From positions 372,001 through 436,000 of the forward strand of contig JAYWIR010000013.1 of assembly GCA_036172245.1 (NCBI GenBank): a stretch of 64,000 nt of DNA. The letters run 5' to 3'. The stretch comes from Raillietiella orientalis (Eukaryota). Positions 38,400 through 51,299 of the stretch are shown one piece after another (position 1 is the first letter of the stretch; every line of letters starts with the position of its first letter). The notes under the pieces are model-generated. The model was given only the letters and a program-made list of their open reading frames with translations, searched no databases and was not told the origin of the DNA. Made by a program: the position numbers and the translations under genes.

Positions 38400-41050
38400 C
38401 GTTCCCGACTCCCTGAGGATGTCCCCGGGAAACCCACGGTGCGGCGGACAGGTGCCCGGAAGCCGCACCGTGACCTTCCCGACGGGAGACTCCAGGGCGG
38501 GCAAAGGGGAAGGGGGTGCTCCGCCCTGCGGGCTGCTCCGAAAGACGCGATGGAAGAATCTGGCCTTCGGCGCCCTGCGCCAGAGCCGCCTCCTGGGCGC
38601 GGAAGGCGTGGCGCGCCTACACGGAAGGTCCTGCTCCCCGTTTCCTTCGCAGCCAGAGGTCACCGAGACGACCTTAACGTTGCTCCCCTTCCCTCTGTCC
38701 TGCCCGGAGGAGAGAGCTGGACAACGGCCGGACCGAGGTGTACCCAGCATTCCACACCGGCTGCTCCCTCGCAGGCCCTCCGCGGACCTGTTCTGCGCCG
38801 GCACCTTGCAGTTCCTGGAGCCTTCCCGATTCAGGGAGAGGAGGAGCCAGGAAGGGGGTGGTGGTGCGGGGTTCGCCATCCCGGAGGGCCAGCTCGGAGT
38901 GCTGAGACTCCACAGCCCACTGCGAAACCTGCCCTCCTCGCAGTCGAAGCTTCGGTTGCCCCGGAAACGGAGACGGATGCGCACGCGGCCACGTGCACAT
39001 CCTACCCTCTCTCCAGAGCGCACGGACGGACCCTGGAAGCATCCCAGGGATTAACCGGGAACGCGGGGAAAGAGGAAAGATGTTTCCGAGAGAGGACGCG
39101 GCGCGTCTTCTTAGCCGGAAAAGTGAACTCCTGGGACGGAGGGTCCTCCGCTCCCTCCTCTTCCCGTTCCGGCTGGAAGAGTTGGAGGGTCTTCCAGAAA
39201 CCCAGCCGATCGAGACCCAGGCGAGCTGTTCGGAGCTTCCTGAGTTTTCCACTCCCCGACTGAGCGAGGGTGCTCCTCCCCTCCCACCAGAAGGCGATTC
39301 TGATAGTCCCGTTTGGCAGAAATATTCTCTCACTTTCGGGTTCGTGCGAACTTGCAGGGACCACCGCCAGAGGAGCTTTCTCCCTCGAGCGAACCTCCTC
39401 CGTGCAAAAAAAAACCGAAATCGGAATAGGAAGGTGACACCTGGAAGAAGAGAAAGAGAGAGAGCGAAGGGAAGGGATCCAGGAGCAGCCTCGATCGTTG
39501 CCTTCGCGACGGCGCTGCCCCGGAAGATGCCGTCTCGTTCAGGAAAACTTCCGCCCTGCAGCTACCACCATCCGGCGGAGGGACCAGGGAGGGTGATGAC
39601 GCGGTAACATCGCAAGGTCGCTGAGGGAACCAGCGCCCGGAGTCTCAAGCGGGGGATCTGCACGCAGAAGGCGTGAGCGCAATCGCAATCTTCCAACATT
39701 CCTGGACTAGCTGCACGTGGGTTCCTTGCTCGGCTCCGAAAATCCCCCTTCGTCGGCGTGTCCCGTTACTCCTGCCGCCTCCCCTGAACGCCACTGGTCG
39801 CTCTTCCAGGAGGGGTCACCTCGCCAGTGATCCAGGAAAGCTCCTGTCGTGCCACTCCGAATTCCCGGAAAATCGTCGAGGAATCGCTCCGTTCCTTCTG
39901 CTCTTATCTACCGGCTCCCATGCCTGGCGACCCTCCGCCCTCCGTAGAGAATCCCCAAGGGAACCACCTCTTCCTTGTTGTCTCCGGAGGGATCCCCCAG
40001 AAAGCATCCTCTCCTCTTTCCCTTTTTTTCTTCCAGGGGGAGGGGGTTCTTGGGGGAAAATCCTTCAAAGGTGCTGTTGGATTCCCGGCCACGCAAAGAG
40101 TGGCACTCTTGGGCGAGGTGCCTGCGCGGTGGGGTCTTGTGGGCTATTGGCTGGCGAGGCCGAGATCAACGCGTGCTTATCACAACGCATGGTTGGCATG
40201 GCCGCTGCCGTGGCGACGGCGTCCCGTCGCGGAAGGAGGCGAAGACTGGCTCGAAGTCATGCGGTGGGCTTGGCCGTCAACACGATGATTTCGCGGATCA
40301 CCCGGCGGTTTCTGGCCGTGGCGGCGTCGCTCTTGGGCTCCACCCCCGTACCGCTGCCGCCAAAAAAGCACTTCTTGTCCACGCTTTGGCCCGGGTACAG
40401 TCGGGAAGGTGCTCTGGTCGGGTACGGGTTCAGCTCTGGAAAAAGTGATCACTTTTTGTGTGGGAGGCGACAGCATTCGCCTCCGATCCTTCCCATCGCC
40501 GCCAGCAGCCACTACTGCTGCGCGAACGCCTTCGCCACCTGCTGGGCGAACAACTCGTCCGCCGCTGGGGGCTCCAACCTGCAGCCGTACTGCTGCTGCT
40601 CGCACACGGAAGTGCCTCCCCCTCTCCCCGTCTCCTCTTCCTCCGAAGAGAACCTCGAAGGGAAGCCTCCCAATTTTTCTCGGAAGGGTGTGCTCCTGGA
40701 AGGGAGCAGAGCGCTTCTTTACACACTGGAGAGGTTCCATCCACCCACCAACTCCACCCGCTGGAAAGGTTCCTTTGCAAAGCCCGAAGAAAAGGAACTC
40801 CCCTCACTCCTTGTTTTCTAAAAGGACCCCGGAGGGTTGACCTTCCCGTCCCGGCCACTCATCAGGGGTATCCGGTTTCATTCGCTGCCAGTGCCGCCGC
40901 ACCCTAAGCCATCAGAGGCCTACCAGTGCCATCCTGCGAGAGGAACTCGAAACCACGAAGCGCCCCCTATTTCTCCGGCGTCAGGGCTTCCCCCTGGGCG
41001 GGATTCGATGCTGCGACGCTCGCTGCTGCCACACGCGCAGACTGGGTAAC
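38400..41050 (+). mobile_element. Degraded ORF1/5' region of the same retrotransposon family
   Basis: 39930-40030 and 40620-40850 are homologous to the reverse complement of 36790-37110. The TTLTLLPFPLSCPEE segment resembles similar pieces at 49340 and 43440. Confidence 0.5.
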
Positions 41051-41879
41051 CGCATGACCCCGGACGCGGGTCTGCGTTCTAAACTCTACGGTCCATGCAA
41101 CTGCAGCTTCCTGTACTTCAGTGGGTTCCCTGAAATGTCCGCTCACTCACTCGCCACCACCACGAATCGCTTCGGAAGGTGCGTTTCCCAGCCCCGACCC
41201 AGACCCCGCTCCATCGCCGAACATGCGCTGGGTCGGGGTAAGTGGCCTTGGTTCCCAGAGGAGTCATCGAATGCGTCCAGTAGGTTTCTCTTGCTGCGTG
41301 AAAACAGTAGCACCCGTGCAAGGCTCCATACTTCGGGTCCTGTGCGCAGCCTCCTTTCGCCAACTGACTGCTTGGCCCTTGCGGGCGAAGGAGAGCGGGT
41401 ACGGGATCGACCTGGCGAAAATCTTTTCAATCCGCCCGCGTTGGCGATCGCGCGGCTGTGGCTGTCTGGAGTCGAGGGCTCGAACCTCCTCCGGGAAGGG
41501 CCCACGCTGGGAACAGGGGCTGCGCCGGGGGTTTCCCTTCCTTCCCAGCAGGGTAGCGCTATCGGTCCATGGGCTTCGGGTTCGGCGGTGGTACTGGTGG
41601 GGCGCGTGGGCTATTTGGACGCCGGATGACCGTCGTTGACTGGCCGGAACTCGAAGACCTTCCGGGGTCCTTCCAGGAACTATGAGCAGCGGTTACCTTC
41701 CGAGTTCCCTCCCAAGAGGAAGAGGAACGGACTCCTTCCTCCGGAACCTTCTTGGATGAACCCTTTGGACGTGGAGCTCACCAGATTGAAAAGCTCCGTT
41801 GACGGCACGAATCTCAGTTCGGACGGAGCAGTTTTACTCCACCGCGCTCTCTATCGAGGTATCGATCGACTACGGAAAG

Positions 41880-42780
41880 TGCTGAATCAAGTTACTATTG
41901 TAATTGTTTATTTACACCACATTAAATAAAATATTCTAGAACAAATATTATTTGTTTAAAAATTATAATTCCAATAAAATCAATAATTCATTCACATTTT
42001 TAAGGTATCACAAAGATAAAAAGCAATCTAATAAATTATATACGACACCGAGAAAAAACGAGAATAGTTAGCCGATATATAGATAGAATTTTGTTTACTA
42101 TCGTTGCTAAGCAAATTAGAAGAACGTAAGTCTATGTGCCCATCTCAAACATTGATCGTATGAACTTGCGTTGCGAGTATAAGGTCAAAACATTTGCCAA
42201 ACGCATGGATGCGTCCATAGCAGTCAAAAGGTTCGTGGCGTCATATATAATTAATGTGTACATTGAAGATTGTAAAAAATAAATAAATGCGTTTATCATG
42301 TATATTAATAAAGATAAGAAGTATATGCATTAAATGAATATATGAATGTGGAATTAGAAACAAACATATTCACCAAGCGATCTGGAAAAAGAATCCATCC
42401 ACTGTTGAGCAAGCTCCAGTTGCTGAGTGATGGAAAGGACACGAAAAGGAATTACCAAATGACTTTTTTTTGTTTTTGTTTTTTTTAAATTCGCTTGCTG
42501 TTTAATTTGTTTCTCCACTCTTTTTAATTGCCACCGTTATTTTTCACATTTTTATAATTCGATATTTATATGTTCATTCAGTATATATTTATTATGCATA
42601 TAGATATATATTTATTTTATATATATATATATGTGTGTAATATCAATCATCATGTGTGTTCATGTTAATAAATATTAATAAATGAGTATGTTAAAATAAA
42701 TATGCATATGAATCTTTATACAGATATATATTTTAATATACATGATAAGAATTTATATTTATTTCTTGTGATCTTTCGAG
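41880..42780. repeat. AT-rich island with dispersed RCATTTATTTTTYAYRATC motif (related islands at 38260-38400 and 43690-44120)
   Basis: Motif copies near 38330, 42270 (reverse), 42755, 43760, 43925 and 44090. Confidence 0.55.
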
Positions 42781-45700
42781 GTTTCGGCGTTCGGAATTTG
42801 TTCGTACAGGAGGTAGGAACCAATGCCCATAGTCAGCCAGGAGAACCTGAGGTCAGCTGAGGCGATTTCTGCTGGTTAGCAGATGTTTGTTTCCGGACCA
42901 AGAACGAAAAAGGGAAGCAAACGCTGCAACATATACATATACATAAACCCTATGACGTCATACGTGAAGGACGTAATGAACAATTTCAGATGGTACAGTC
43001 GAAATGCACCTCAGTATTTGTGATTCTGACACCATGATTGCCTAAGGGAATTGCTTTGTCCACCGAGGAGTAGCCGTTGAAGTACGAGCGCAGCCTGGAC
43101 AGGAGCAGACAGCTGCATGCTTTCGTCGCTCTGTGCGCTCATCCTCAGGGCTGAACGAAGGAATCTCGATGCCTCTTCCAGAGCTATGATCCTCCAGACG
43201 CGAGGATTCACCCACACGGATCCAGCAAATCTGAAAAGGGGAAACGAAAGTGCGTTCTGGCGACGGGAAAGCTCTCGCTGGGGAGCACCAGTCCGGGAGC
43301 GCGCGGGCAGTTTGCTCGAGTTCCCACTTCATGCTGACTGGACCGCCTTCGTGCTGACAGCTGCAGCCTGCGGGGGAGGATCTGAGAGGGGGAACACCTC
43401 CCCCTCGTCCGCACACTCGACGGGAGCGACATTGGAAGTCGCCAGAGGGCACAGTAGAGAGAGAACCTTCCGAATCCTTCATGCCGGCTTCCCTGTGGGA
43501 CGACTCCAGCAAGCACCGAGCTCCGTTCCACTTCTTCCGTCCTGAAGGATTCCATCTGCGGAGGAGCATCTCGATTTTCAGGCGGTGCCCTCGAAAGAAG
43601 GCCCTCTCGGATCGAAATCCCGGAACTTTTTCAACAACTGATGGATTCCGCTTTCGGGATTCTAATCGTTTGGTAAATGCGCGTGTTTAGAATTCGGCAA
43701 TCACATATTCATTTCACTTACGTTTCTCGTATGTATAGTAATGTATTTAATAAACTTGTGCATTTATTTTTCATAATCTTTAATGTATGTTTTGATTGAT
43801 TATGTGTATTAATGCATATCGTTAGTTAAATCAATACTATGTATGTTGATAAATGTTTATGTATACCTATGTTTAAAATGAATTTGCATGTTAATCTATA
43901 CATTGATACACATAATCAGCATACATGTATTTTTATGATCCTTATAATGTAAATTAAAGGTATGTATTTATGCATATTATTAATTATATTAATAAATATG
44001 CATGTTGAATAGTCCATGTATTGAGATAGATAATAAGCTTGCGTATTTATTATGTGTACTATATTTAAATACATAAAACGCACTCATGTACGCATTTATT
44101 TATTTATTTATTTTTACGACACTCCGGTGTTCGGGATTTCGAGCAGGACCGCTTCTTGGAGCGGCAGCTGCCCTCCTGGCAGACAACGACCCAGGACGCG
44201 GGGGATCCAGCTGCTCATCCGGACTACCGCTCAAGGGAGATCACTGATGCCCTCGGGCCAGCGAGTGCCTTGCTTGGGTCGGAGGCTCCCGCCCCGAGGC
44301 GGTGCCGTGAGACCTACGCTCGTCGCAGTCCGGAAGACTTCTCACCGGGACGCGCGCGTTCCTCCTCCCCGCGGCCAAGGGGGCCCAGTTCCCCCACTTC
44401 GAGCGGGAGCCGCCCTCCCACCCCTCGATCCGGAAGGAAGCCGGGGACGGAGACCGCTCCCCGCTGCGCCAGGCGATCCAAAAGGAGCCGGTGGCTCGGA
44501 GGGAGGAGCTGCCGACGAGCCGGCGTCCCTCCGGTGCTCTGGAAGCTCGCTCCGAAGGTCGCCGCTCTTGCAGCCCGTAGGCGGGGGAGGGAGGAGGGGG
44601 AAGAAGAAAGAGGGATCAGGGGCAGATCCTCCCAGAATGGACCCGGACGGGAAGTTGGCCGGAGGAAGGAGGGCTGATCGTCGCGCGAGATGACTGAGGA
44701 CGCGCCGTTGCCAGCATCCACCAGGCCGCCTGCCACGTGGCGGCGAGGAGGGAGGGCGGAACGTCGTGGCCCGGTGACCGCTTTTCCGCCGATGCCCTTC
44801 GCCACTGCAGATGCCGGAGCTGCCTGAAGGAGGAAGAAAAAGATCCGTCGGTTTCCTCCCCGCTGCTGCCAGTCAACACGGAGATTGGAGGCGGGGAGAT
44901 CTGGGGAGGGGGAGACCGCTCATTGAGAGGGCTGACCCCTCGAGACAGTCACTCCCCACCCCGCCTTTCCCCCCCAGATGGCCTCGTACGCCGAGGGAGG
45001 AGCAGAAACGGTCTGCTCAACGGCCCTGCGGCTTTCGCGGCTGCGACGACAGAGTCGTCCCGCCCTTCCGGTTCCGCTCCCTCCGGTGGTGCGCCTTCGG
45101 AGCGCGGCGCTGAGGCTGAAGAATGAGCTCCCTTCGAAGAAAGTCGTAGTGGAAATCGTGCTTCGAGGGGCGCAGCGTTCCCCCCCTGAGGCTGCTGCCT
45201 CTTGAAGACCTCAGACGCAGGTTGACGCCCCTCCCCTTCCTCCCCCAGCAGGCTGCGTCTCCAGAGTGACGGGAAGTGTGCGCTGTTCCCTCCGCAGCAT
45301 GGCCCCTCAGGGTTCTCTCCAGAAGAGAACGGGGAAGATGCTATTCCCTTTGGAGTTCCCGTGCCAAAATGTAAGGAGTACCAACACATACCTCCGTCCG
45401 GAGTCTCCTGGATTCGTAGGGCGGTCCCCTCTCGGGATACCCTCCCCCCCAGCCTGAAGAGCTACCGCGCACCCCCGGTTGTCACAGGCGTCGCTCAGAG
45501 CCCTCCGTAAGGCGCCCAACAGTTCTTCAGCACTTGGCTAAACCAAAGAAAGGAGAAAAGAAGCAGCTGGCAGGAAAAAAAGGGAGGTGGGGGGAGAAGA
45601 AGACCCTAAAAGGGATTCCCCGCCATCAACGCGTGTTTGTTGCCAACGACGACTCAAGTGCGTGCCGCGCACGCGAAAAACTTTCGATCAGTTCGAGAAT

Positions 45701-48700
45701 CCCACCGCATGCGTAGCCACGGCAACCGTGCGTAGTACAGAATAGCAGGGAGGAAGAGCATGCAGGGGGTCTTTCCCGCTCGAGACGAAGACGGCGCAGC
45801 TCCCTCCGTGACTGCCAGCCCGCCGTCCACGAAAACTCCAATTGTGAATCGGGGACGTCCCGGTCCAGGAGGGTTAACTTGCCTCTCAGGACGGTGACCT
45901 CCTGACCCTCTGCCGCGGAGGAATCCCGAGAGGCTCCAGAAGGAAACACCGGACAGGCAGCAGCCGTGGAGAGGCCTGCAAGGCGCGTGGAGCCAGGGGA
46001 ATGAGACGCCACGTCCTCGCCTCCCGACGCTGCTCCAGGGCTAGACAACGCCGATGACGGTGACCTACCTGCAGGCGGAAGCGAATTCGAGGCGCCGATT
46101 CTCGGCGGGAACGCACTCCGCGGGGGCCTTGCCCGCTGCGGTCCACGCCACCCTCTTCGCCACGAGCACGGCGACGAGGTCAAGGAGCACGGAACGCTGG
46201 CGCGGCAACTGCCTGCGGCCAACACCCCCTGACGGGGGGGGGAGGGTAGCGCGAAGAGAAATCGGGGAACCGGTAGGACAGAGAGCGCGCTACGCATTCA
46301 CCTCGAAGATGGCAGACGTCGCCTGAGAGAGCGAAGGGCCTCTCCGGAGGTCAACTCCGGAAGCGACCGCCGGAAGCGACACGCGGCGTCTTGAAGTTTG
46401 GCGCGTGGGAATGTCGGGTTGCGTGGGTGTTGCTCGAATGAACTCGCCCCGCCGTCGTACGTCGCGCTGGAGGCAGTCGAGAATTCCTATGGTAACACGT
46501 GTTCTCATGCACGCAGAATCATCAGCAAACAAATCGACTCACCCCCCCCCCCCTCCCTTCCGCCATCTTCTTCATCATCATCATGTGCAGTTTCGTGTAC
46601 GCCCACCCATGCTCCCGGCATCCGTGGTGTTCATGGATCCAGGAGCGCTTTTCTTCCCTTCCTAAGACATCGCTGGGGATGTCGCACCTCGCGCCAATAC
46701 GAACACGCCGTATAAAGAAGAACCGTTCAATCAGATGCAGTGCGCTGTGTGCACCGACGGACGTGTGCGAGACTTCCGCTACCAGAGAATCAATTTGGAT
46801 GAAAGCGCTCCTCTGAATCGTGGTCCAGTGGGAACCGAGGGCTGGCACCCTCGTCCTGCTTCCGGTGCCCGCGTGAGGGAGCGGCAGTTCGCGAAAGCGG
46901 GATGCTCTCTGCAGACGTCCACCAGCGCCGCGAGCGGACTCCCTCGGCTTTCAGAACGCGCGCCGGACGGGCGGCGGACGACCGGAGAACTGGATGCGGA
47001 CTGGCCAGTTGCCTCTCAGCTCAACGCTGATTGGTTGTTGGAGGGCTCTCGCACTTCCAGTGGCTGCGTGTCCTTGCTCCCTCTTTGGATTGGCTGCCTC
47101 CTCCCACGGAAAGGACCGCGGTCGAGTTCCTTTCCGTGACGACCGCGCCGACGGGCTGCCCCGTGGCTGCAGCAGGTCTCGTGTTGGACGCGTCAGGCAG
47201 CAAGAAGCCGCGAAGGGACCCCTCCTGAGGAGGAGGAGGAGGGACACACGCACTCTTCGAGTTTCGATCCCGTCCTCGGGAGAAAGCTCATCTCCCTGGA
47301 GACGCGTCACGTGGAGCTCGCGTTCCGATCGACGACGGGCTTCACCCCCCCCCCCCCTTCACTTCTCAGACGAATCGATGCTACCTGGACACCCCTGGCG
47401 CCCATCCCGCGCACTTCGCCAGCTGACGTGCGAGGGGCTGAAGCATCATCCCGAGTCTCCACGGAAACCGACTTCCCTGGCTACGGGGACTGCAGGGGAG
47501 GACTCGGCCCTACACTCTTCCCACATATACACCTACTTTTTGAGGTGCAGCTATGAAAGTCGTGCAGCCAGAAAAGGAACCGAAAAAGTGATTCCTCAAC
47601 AGGCTGTCGACGAAGAGGGCTGGCAGCTGGTCACCTACAAAAAGAAAAGCACAAAACAAAATAAAACAAATGCGAATACCGCAAAAATCCGCGAAAGGGA
47701 AGGAAAAAACCTCTCCGTGCGGAATAATTAAAGAATGTTGCGTTTCGATCGAACGCGTGCCACCGAGAGCCGCGAAGGGTGTTCCCGGGGTCGCTGATGG
47801 AATCGCACCCTGTGGCGGAGCTTCGTCTCTTTGCCAGGAGATCGCTCTGCAGTGACGTGAACCTCGTCATCACTTCGCCTAAGGCATCGCGGACCACTGC
47901 CATTCCGTTCGTTCCCGAGGAGACCCTGCGTCTCGGTCTCGCCGCGGCGGAGGGACGCGTCCGGCGTCGGTTGCCTCGGGCAACCCGGAAGCGCCTCCCT
48001 TTTGTTTTCCCTTCCTCCCACGAAGGTTCAGAAAGGGGGCGGTGGAGGTCCGGGGGCCGTTCCATGAAGGCGCCCCCATCGCCCCGTGGTAACGCGGGAT
48101 CTCGCACGCCAGCGAGTCACGACCTCGGGGCATGACCCGCTAGCGTCCCACTTCACCACGCGTGACCGCCGCCGTGCAAGCCGAGGGAACGCAGCAAAAT
48201 GGGAGAGGGGAACCTCTGGGGACCACGGAGGACCGAGCTGCAGGAGACGCAGCTTCCCTACTTCCCGAGGAGCGTTGGAGGTCCCACGCGACCCTTCCGC
48301 GGGAAGCTGAGGGAATCTCGACTGGACCCCCAGCATTCTCCCTCGGCGCGCGCTTCGAGTCCACCCTGGAGGCGAGGCAGTACCTTGCGAGTTTGCGCGA
48401 CCGGAGGTTAGCTCCCTCCCCTCTGCCGCAGGGAAGCCTTCCCTCGGGTGAAGAGGAGGAGAGGGCAGAGAGGGCGCCATCCGGGAAGCATCTCCAGTAA
48501 GGAGAGATGGCAGCACTCGGTTCTTCTCCTCCGCGGCCGAGATGCCGCCAGGTGGTCAACCGACCGGGGACGCCAAGACTTCTGGGCATTCCCCCGGAGC
48601 GCGCACGCGCGTCCTCGTGATCCCGACGCCCCCGGGCCCCCCTCTCTTTGAAATAGTCCCGTCCCCGTTTGTAGAGGAAAAAGGTGACCTCCGGGGTCAT

Positions 48701-49950
48701 TCCCCGACGCTCTGAAAAGTCTCCTCCCGCCTTCACGGGCAGCGGAACTCAGCAGCAAGGGCGGCCTGCTGCCAAGGGCCCGCGTCCCTGGGAGGAGCCC
48801 GGGGCGGGCCCTCGGTTCCCGGCGTGGGGAAGATCCCCTTTCGGATCGCCGTGGGCCAGACCGCCTTGCCATTCCGCCGGCGAGGCGGTGTGGTTAGGAC
48901 TCGAGGGATAGCCACAAGCCATAGGAGTCCAGGGGGAGGGCGGAGGAGTGGACCCAGCGAGAGCCCAAGTCTGGTGCGCCTTTTCCTGCGCATATGGTGA
49001 CCTCAGAATGAGAGCCCCTTGGCACCGACTTCATTCGTTCCCGCTGCAGAAGAGCCAGGCACGCTCGAGGGTTTCCAGCAGTCCGAACCGCAGGACGGAC
49101 AGTGAGTTCGTCCGCGGAAACGAAGCTCCCGATGGGAAGAACCCATTTCAGGAGCAAGGAGCCAATCCGAGAGGATGCTGCGAGAGCTCGTCCAATGGGA
49201 GCGTGGAGGACATAATGGACAGCCAATCAACGCGGGAACCCTGAGGATTCTGCCTGTCCGCGCTTTCCCGGACGTCCGGGATTCGCTCCTCACCAATCTC
49301 CGGAGGAGCGGAAGCTCAGGTTCATGTATCTGAAGCAGTGATCTTCCTTCCTCTACCTCGAGACACGTCTGGACATGGAATTGAGATTGATGAAGGTCAT
49401 TGGTCAGAGACTGGGCGGTCCGTGCACTTGCATTGGGTCATGTGGCTTTGCCCCGCCTTCGCCATCTTCACTGGACTGTCGGCACAGTTTTCGAGGTGGA
49501 AGTCACCTTGCGCTCTGGGGGATCAGATGGGTGGTCAAATGAGGACGTGGATGAAGGAGGGATGGAGAGCCTCTGCGTGGTCTCCAAGCAGCTGTTCACC
49601 GCCAGCGGGGACGCTTGCTGGGAACTGGAGCAGCGGTGGTAACGCTGCCGGGGTTCGAATGAAGCCGAGGGCCCTGGGATAACGAGCGGGGAGGCGAGGA
49701 ACAAACCTACTCTCGTCCCAGAAAGGCAGCACTGCCATGGGTCGCTTCCCGGGAAGCGTCGGAGGAGGCACCTCGGGAACAGTACGAGAACTGGGCAGGA
49801 GCACGTCCTCGGACGTGGAATCCACCCGACCTTGGCCCTGCCCGACCAAGCGCTGGAGCAGCCAGAGACAGCTCGTTTCTGCCTCGCATCTTCGCTGAGA
49901 GCTCAGGTCACCCTGCTGACCTCCTCTTACCCCTTCTCCCTTCAAGGGAG

Positions 49951-51289
49951 ACCTCACCCGGTCACGCCGGGGCGTTTATTAATAAACACTGTGCATCTGC
50001 GGTACTAGGCCCTGCTACGGCCAATAGTTCATGGGACCTGCTAGGAAGCCGGTTCGCAGACCGGCTTGACTCTCCTCGGCAGCGGGGGGGGGGGTAGGGG
50101 GTAAAACAAAAAGATAAATAAATGAAACAAACAAAAAAAAAAGAAACTATTTGGGAGCCGGGAAGGGATCACTGTCCACTGAAGGAAGAGACAATCCTTT
50201 CCAGGATGCCCTCGAGGTCCCTTTGCACGGCTCCCAGAAGGGACCAGCCGATCGCGATTCGCAGGTAGCGACCCGCGTGTACGATGGGGTCCCTATCGCT
50301 GCTTCCTCTGTTGGCTGCGCTCCACGCGGCGGCAATCCCTCGGAGGCAGCAGAGCGCTGCCAGGGCTGAGGCTGGTTGCAGGGCGTCTCGCACTAAGAGG
50401 AGTCTCATAACGTCTCTGGGGGTGCTGCCTACCGGCATTGAAAGGTTCGTAGCAAAACGTTCCCACAAGGGCCGGAGGGCACCGCAGTCCACTAACAGAT
50501 GGGGGAGGGATTGCTTCTCCCCGCACACTGCACAGTTCTGTTCAACATTCCCCCACGTCCAGTGGTGGCGGCGCGCGTTGCAGGGAAGACCCCAGTGCAA
50601 CAACAACAGCGCCGTTTCCTGCCACTTTAGGGGTAGGATTGATGAATCAATGAACGACGGGGGCCACTCTAGGTCATCCGTCGGGATGCCAAGCAGCTCG
50701 CCCCATCTCCGTAGTCCATGTGGGTGAATTCTTGGGGTCGCGCCGTCAGACAGTTCCCTCATGGTCCACCCAGTCAGATCCTTCTCTTTGCCCACTATCC
50801 GGCAGGAGACTTGCCATCTCGGCTTTCGAATATTTTGAAGCGCCCCACGTAGGAAAGGTAGCGCGTGGCCAGTGGGGTCGTCTCCGCCCATGTGCTTCTG
50901 GCGGGACACACGATCATGTTCCGCAGCGTGCAGCGGGTGTAGATGCCGGTAAGCAGGCCGTTGCAGGATTCTTCACTGATATTGTTTATCTTTGCCCACG
51001 TTCCAACTGTTTCTTCCAGCCATGCGCTGGAGTTGGCAGGGCTGCAGGTCATCCACGCGTTCTCCTTTGCCAGGGTGGCCATGCGTCCCAGGAGAAGGCC
51101 GCATCTTCTTATTTTCTGGCCGGGGCACAGAAGAAAAGACGCAAGTCCTTCAGTCACGGACACACGTCTGGCGAGGAGGCGGGCCGGAACGCACCAAGGG
51201 GTGCTCCACATCTTCGCCGCGATGGCTAGAGTACGCCACCGCAGCTGTGTTTCCACGCGCTCCAGCGTCAGGAGGTTAAGACCTCCTGA
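49951..51289 (-). mobile_element. Tx1/L1-clade 5'-truncated copy (G) with 15-bp TSD
   Basis: LPLKWQETALLLLHWGLPCNARRHHW..CAVCGEKQSLPHLLVDC and the family 3' terminus. Direct repeat CTCCCTTCAAGGGAG at 49936-49950 and 51290-51304. Confidence 0.9.
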
Positions 51290-51299
51290 CTCCCTTCAA

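Noticed and set aside
25547..49300. Numerous long overlapping ORFs (e.g. 25547-26674, 31117-32076, 38367-39263, 46994-47731)
   Set aside because: They are Arg/Pro/Gly/Ser-rich, open in several frames and carry no motifs. This is expected from high GC and decayed retroelement ORF1/UTR sequence.
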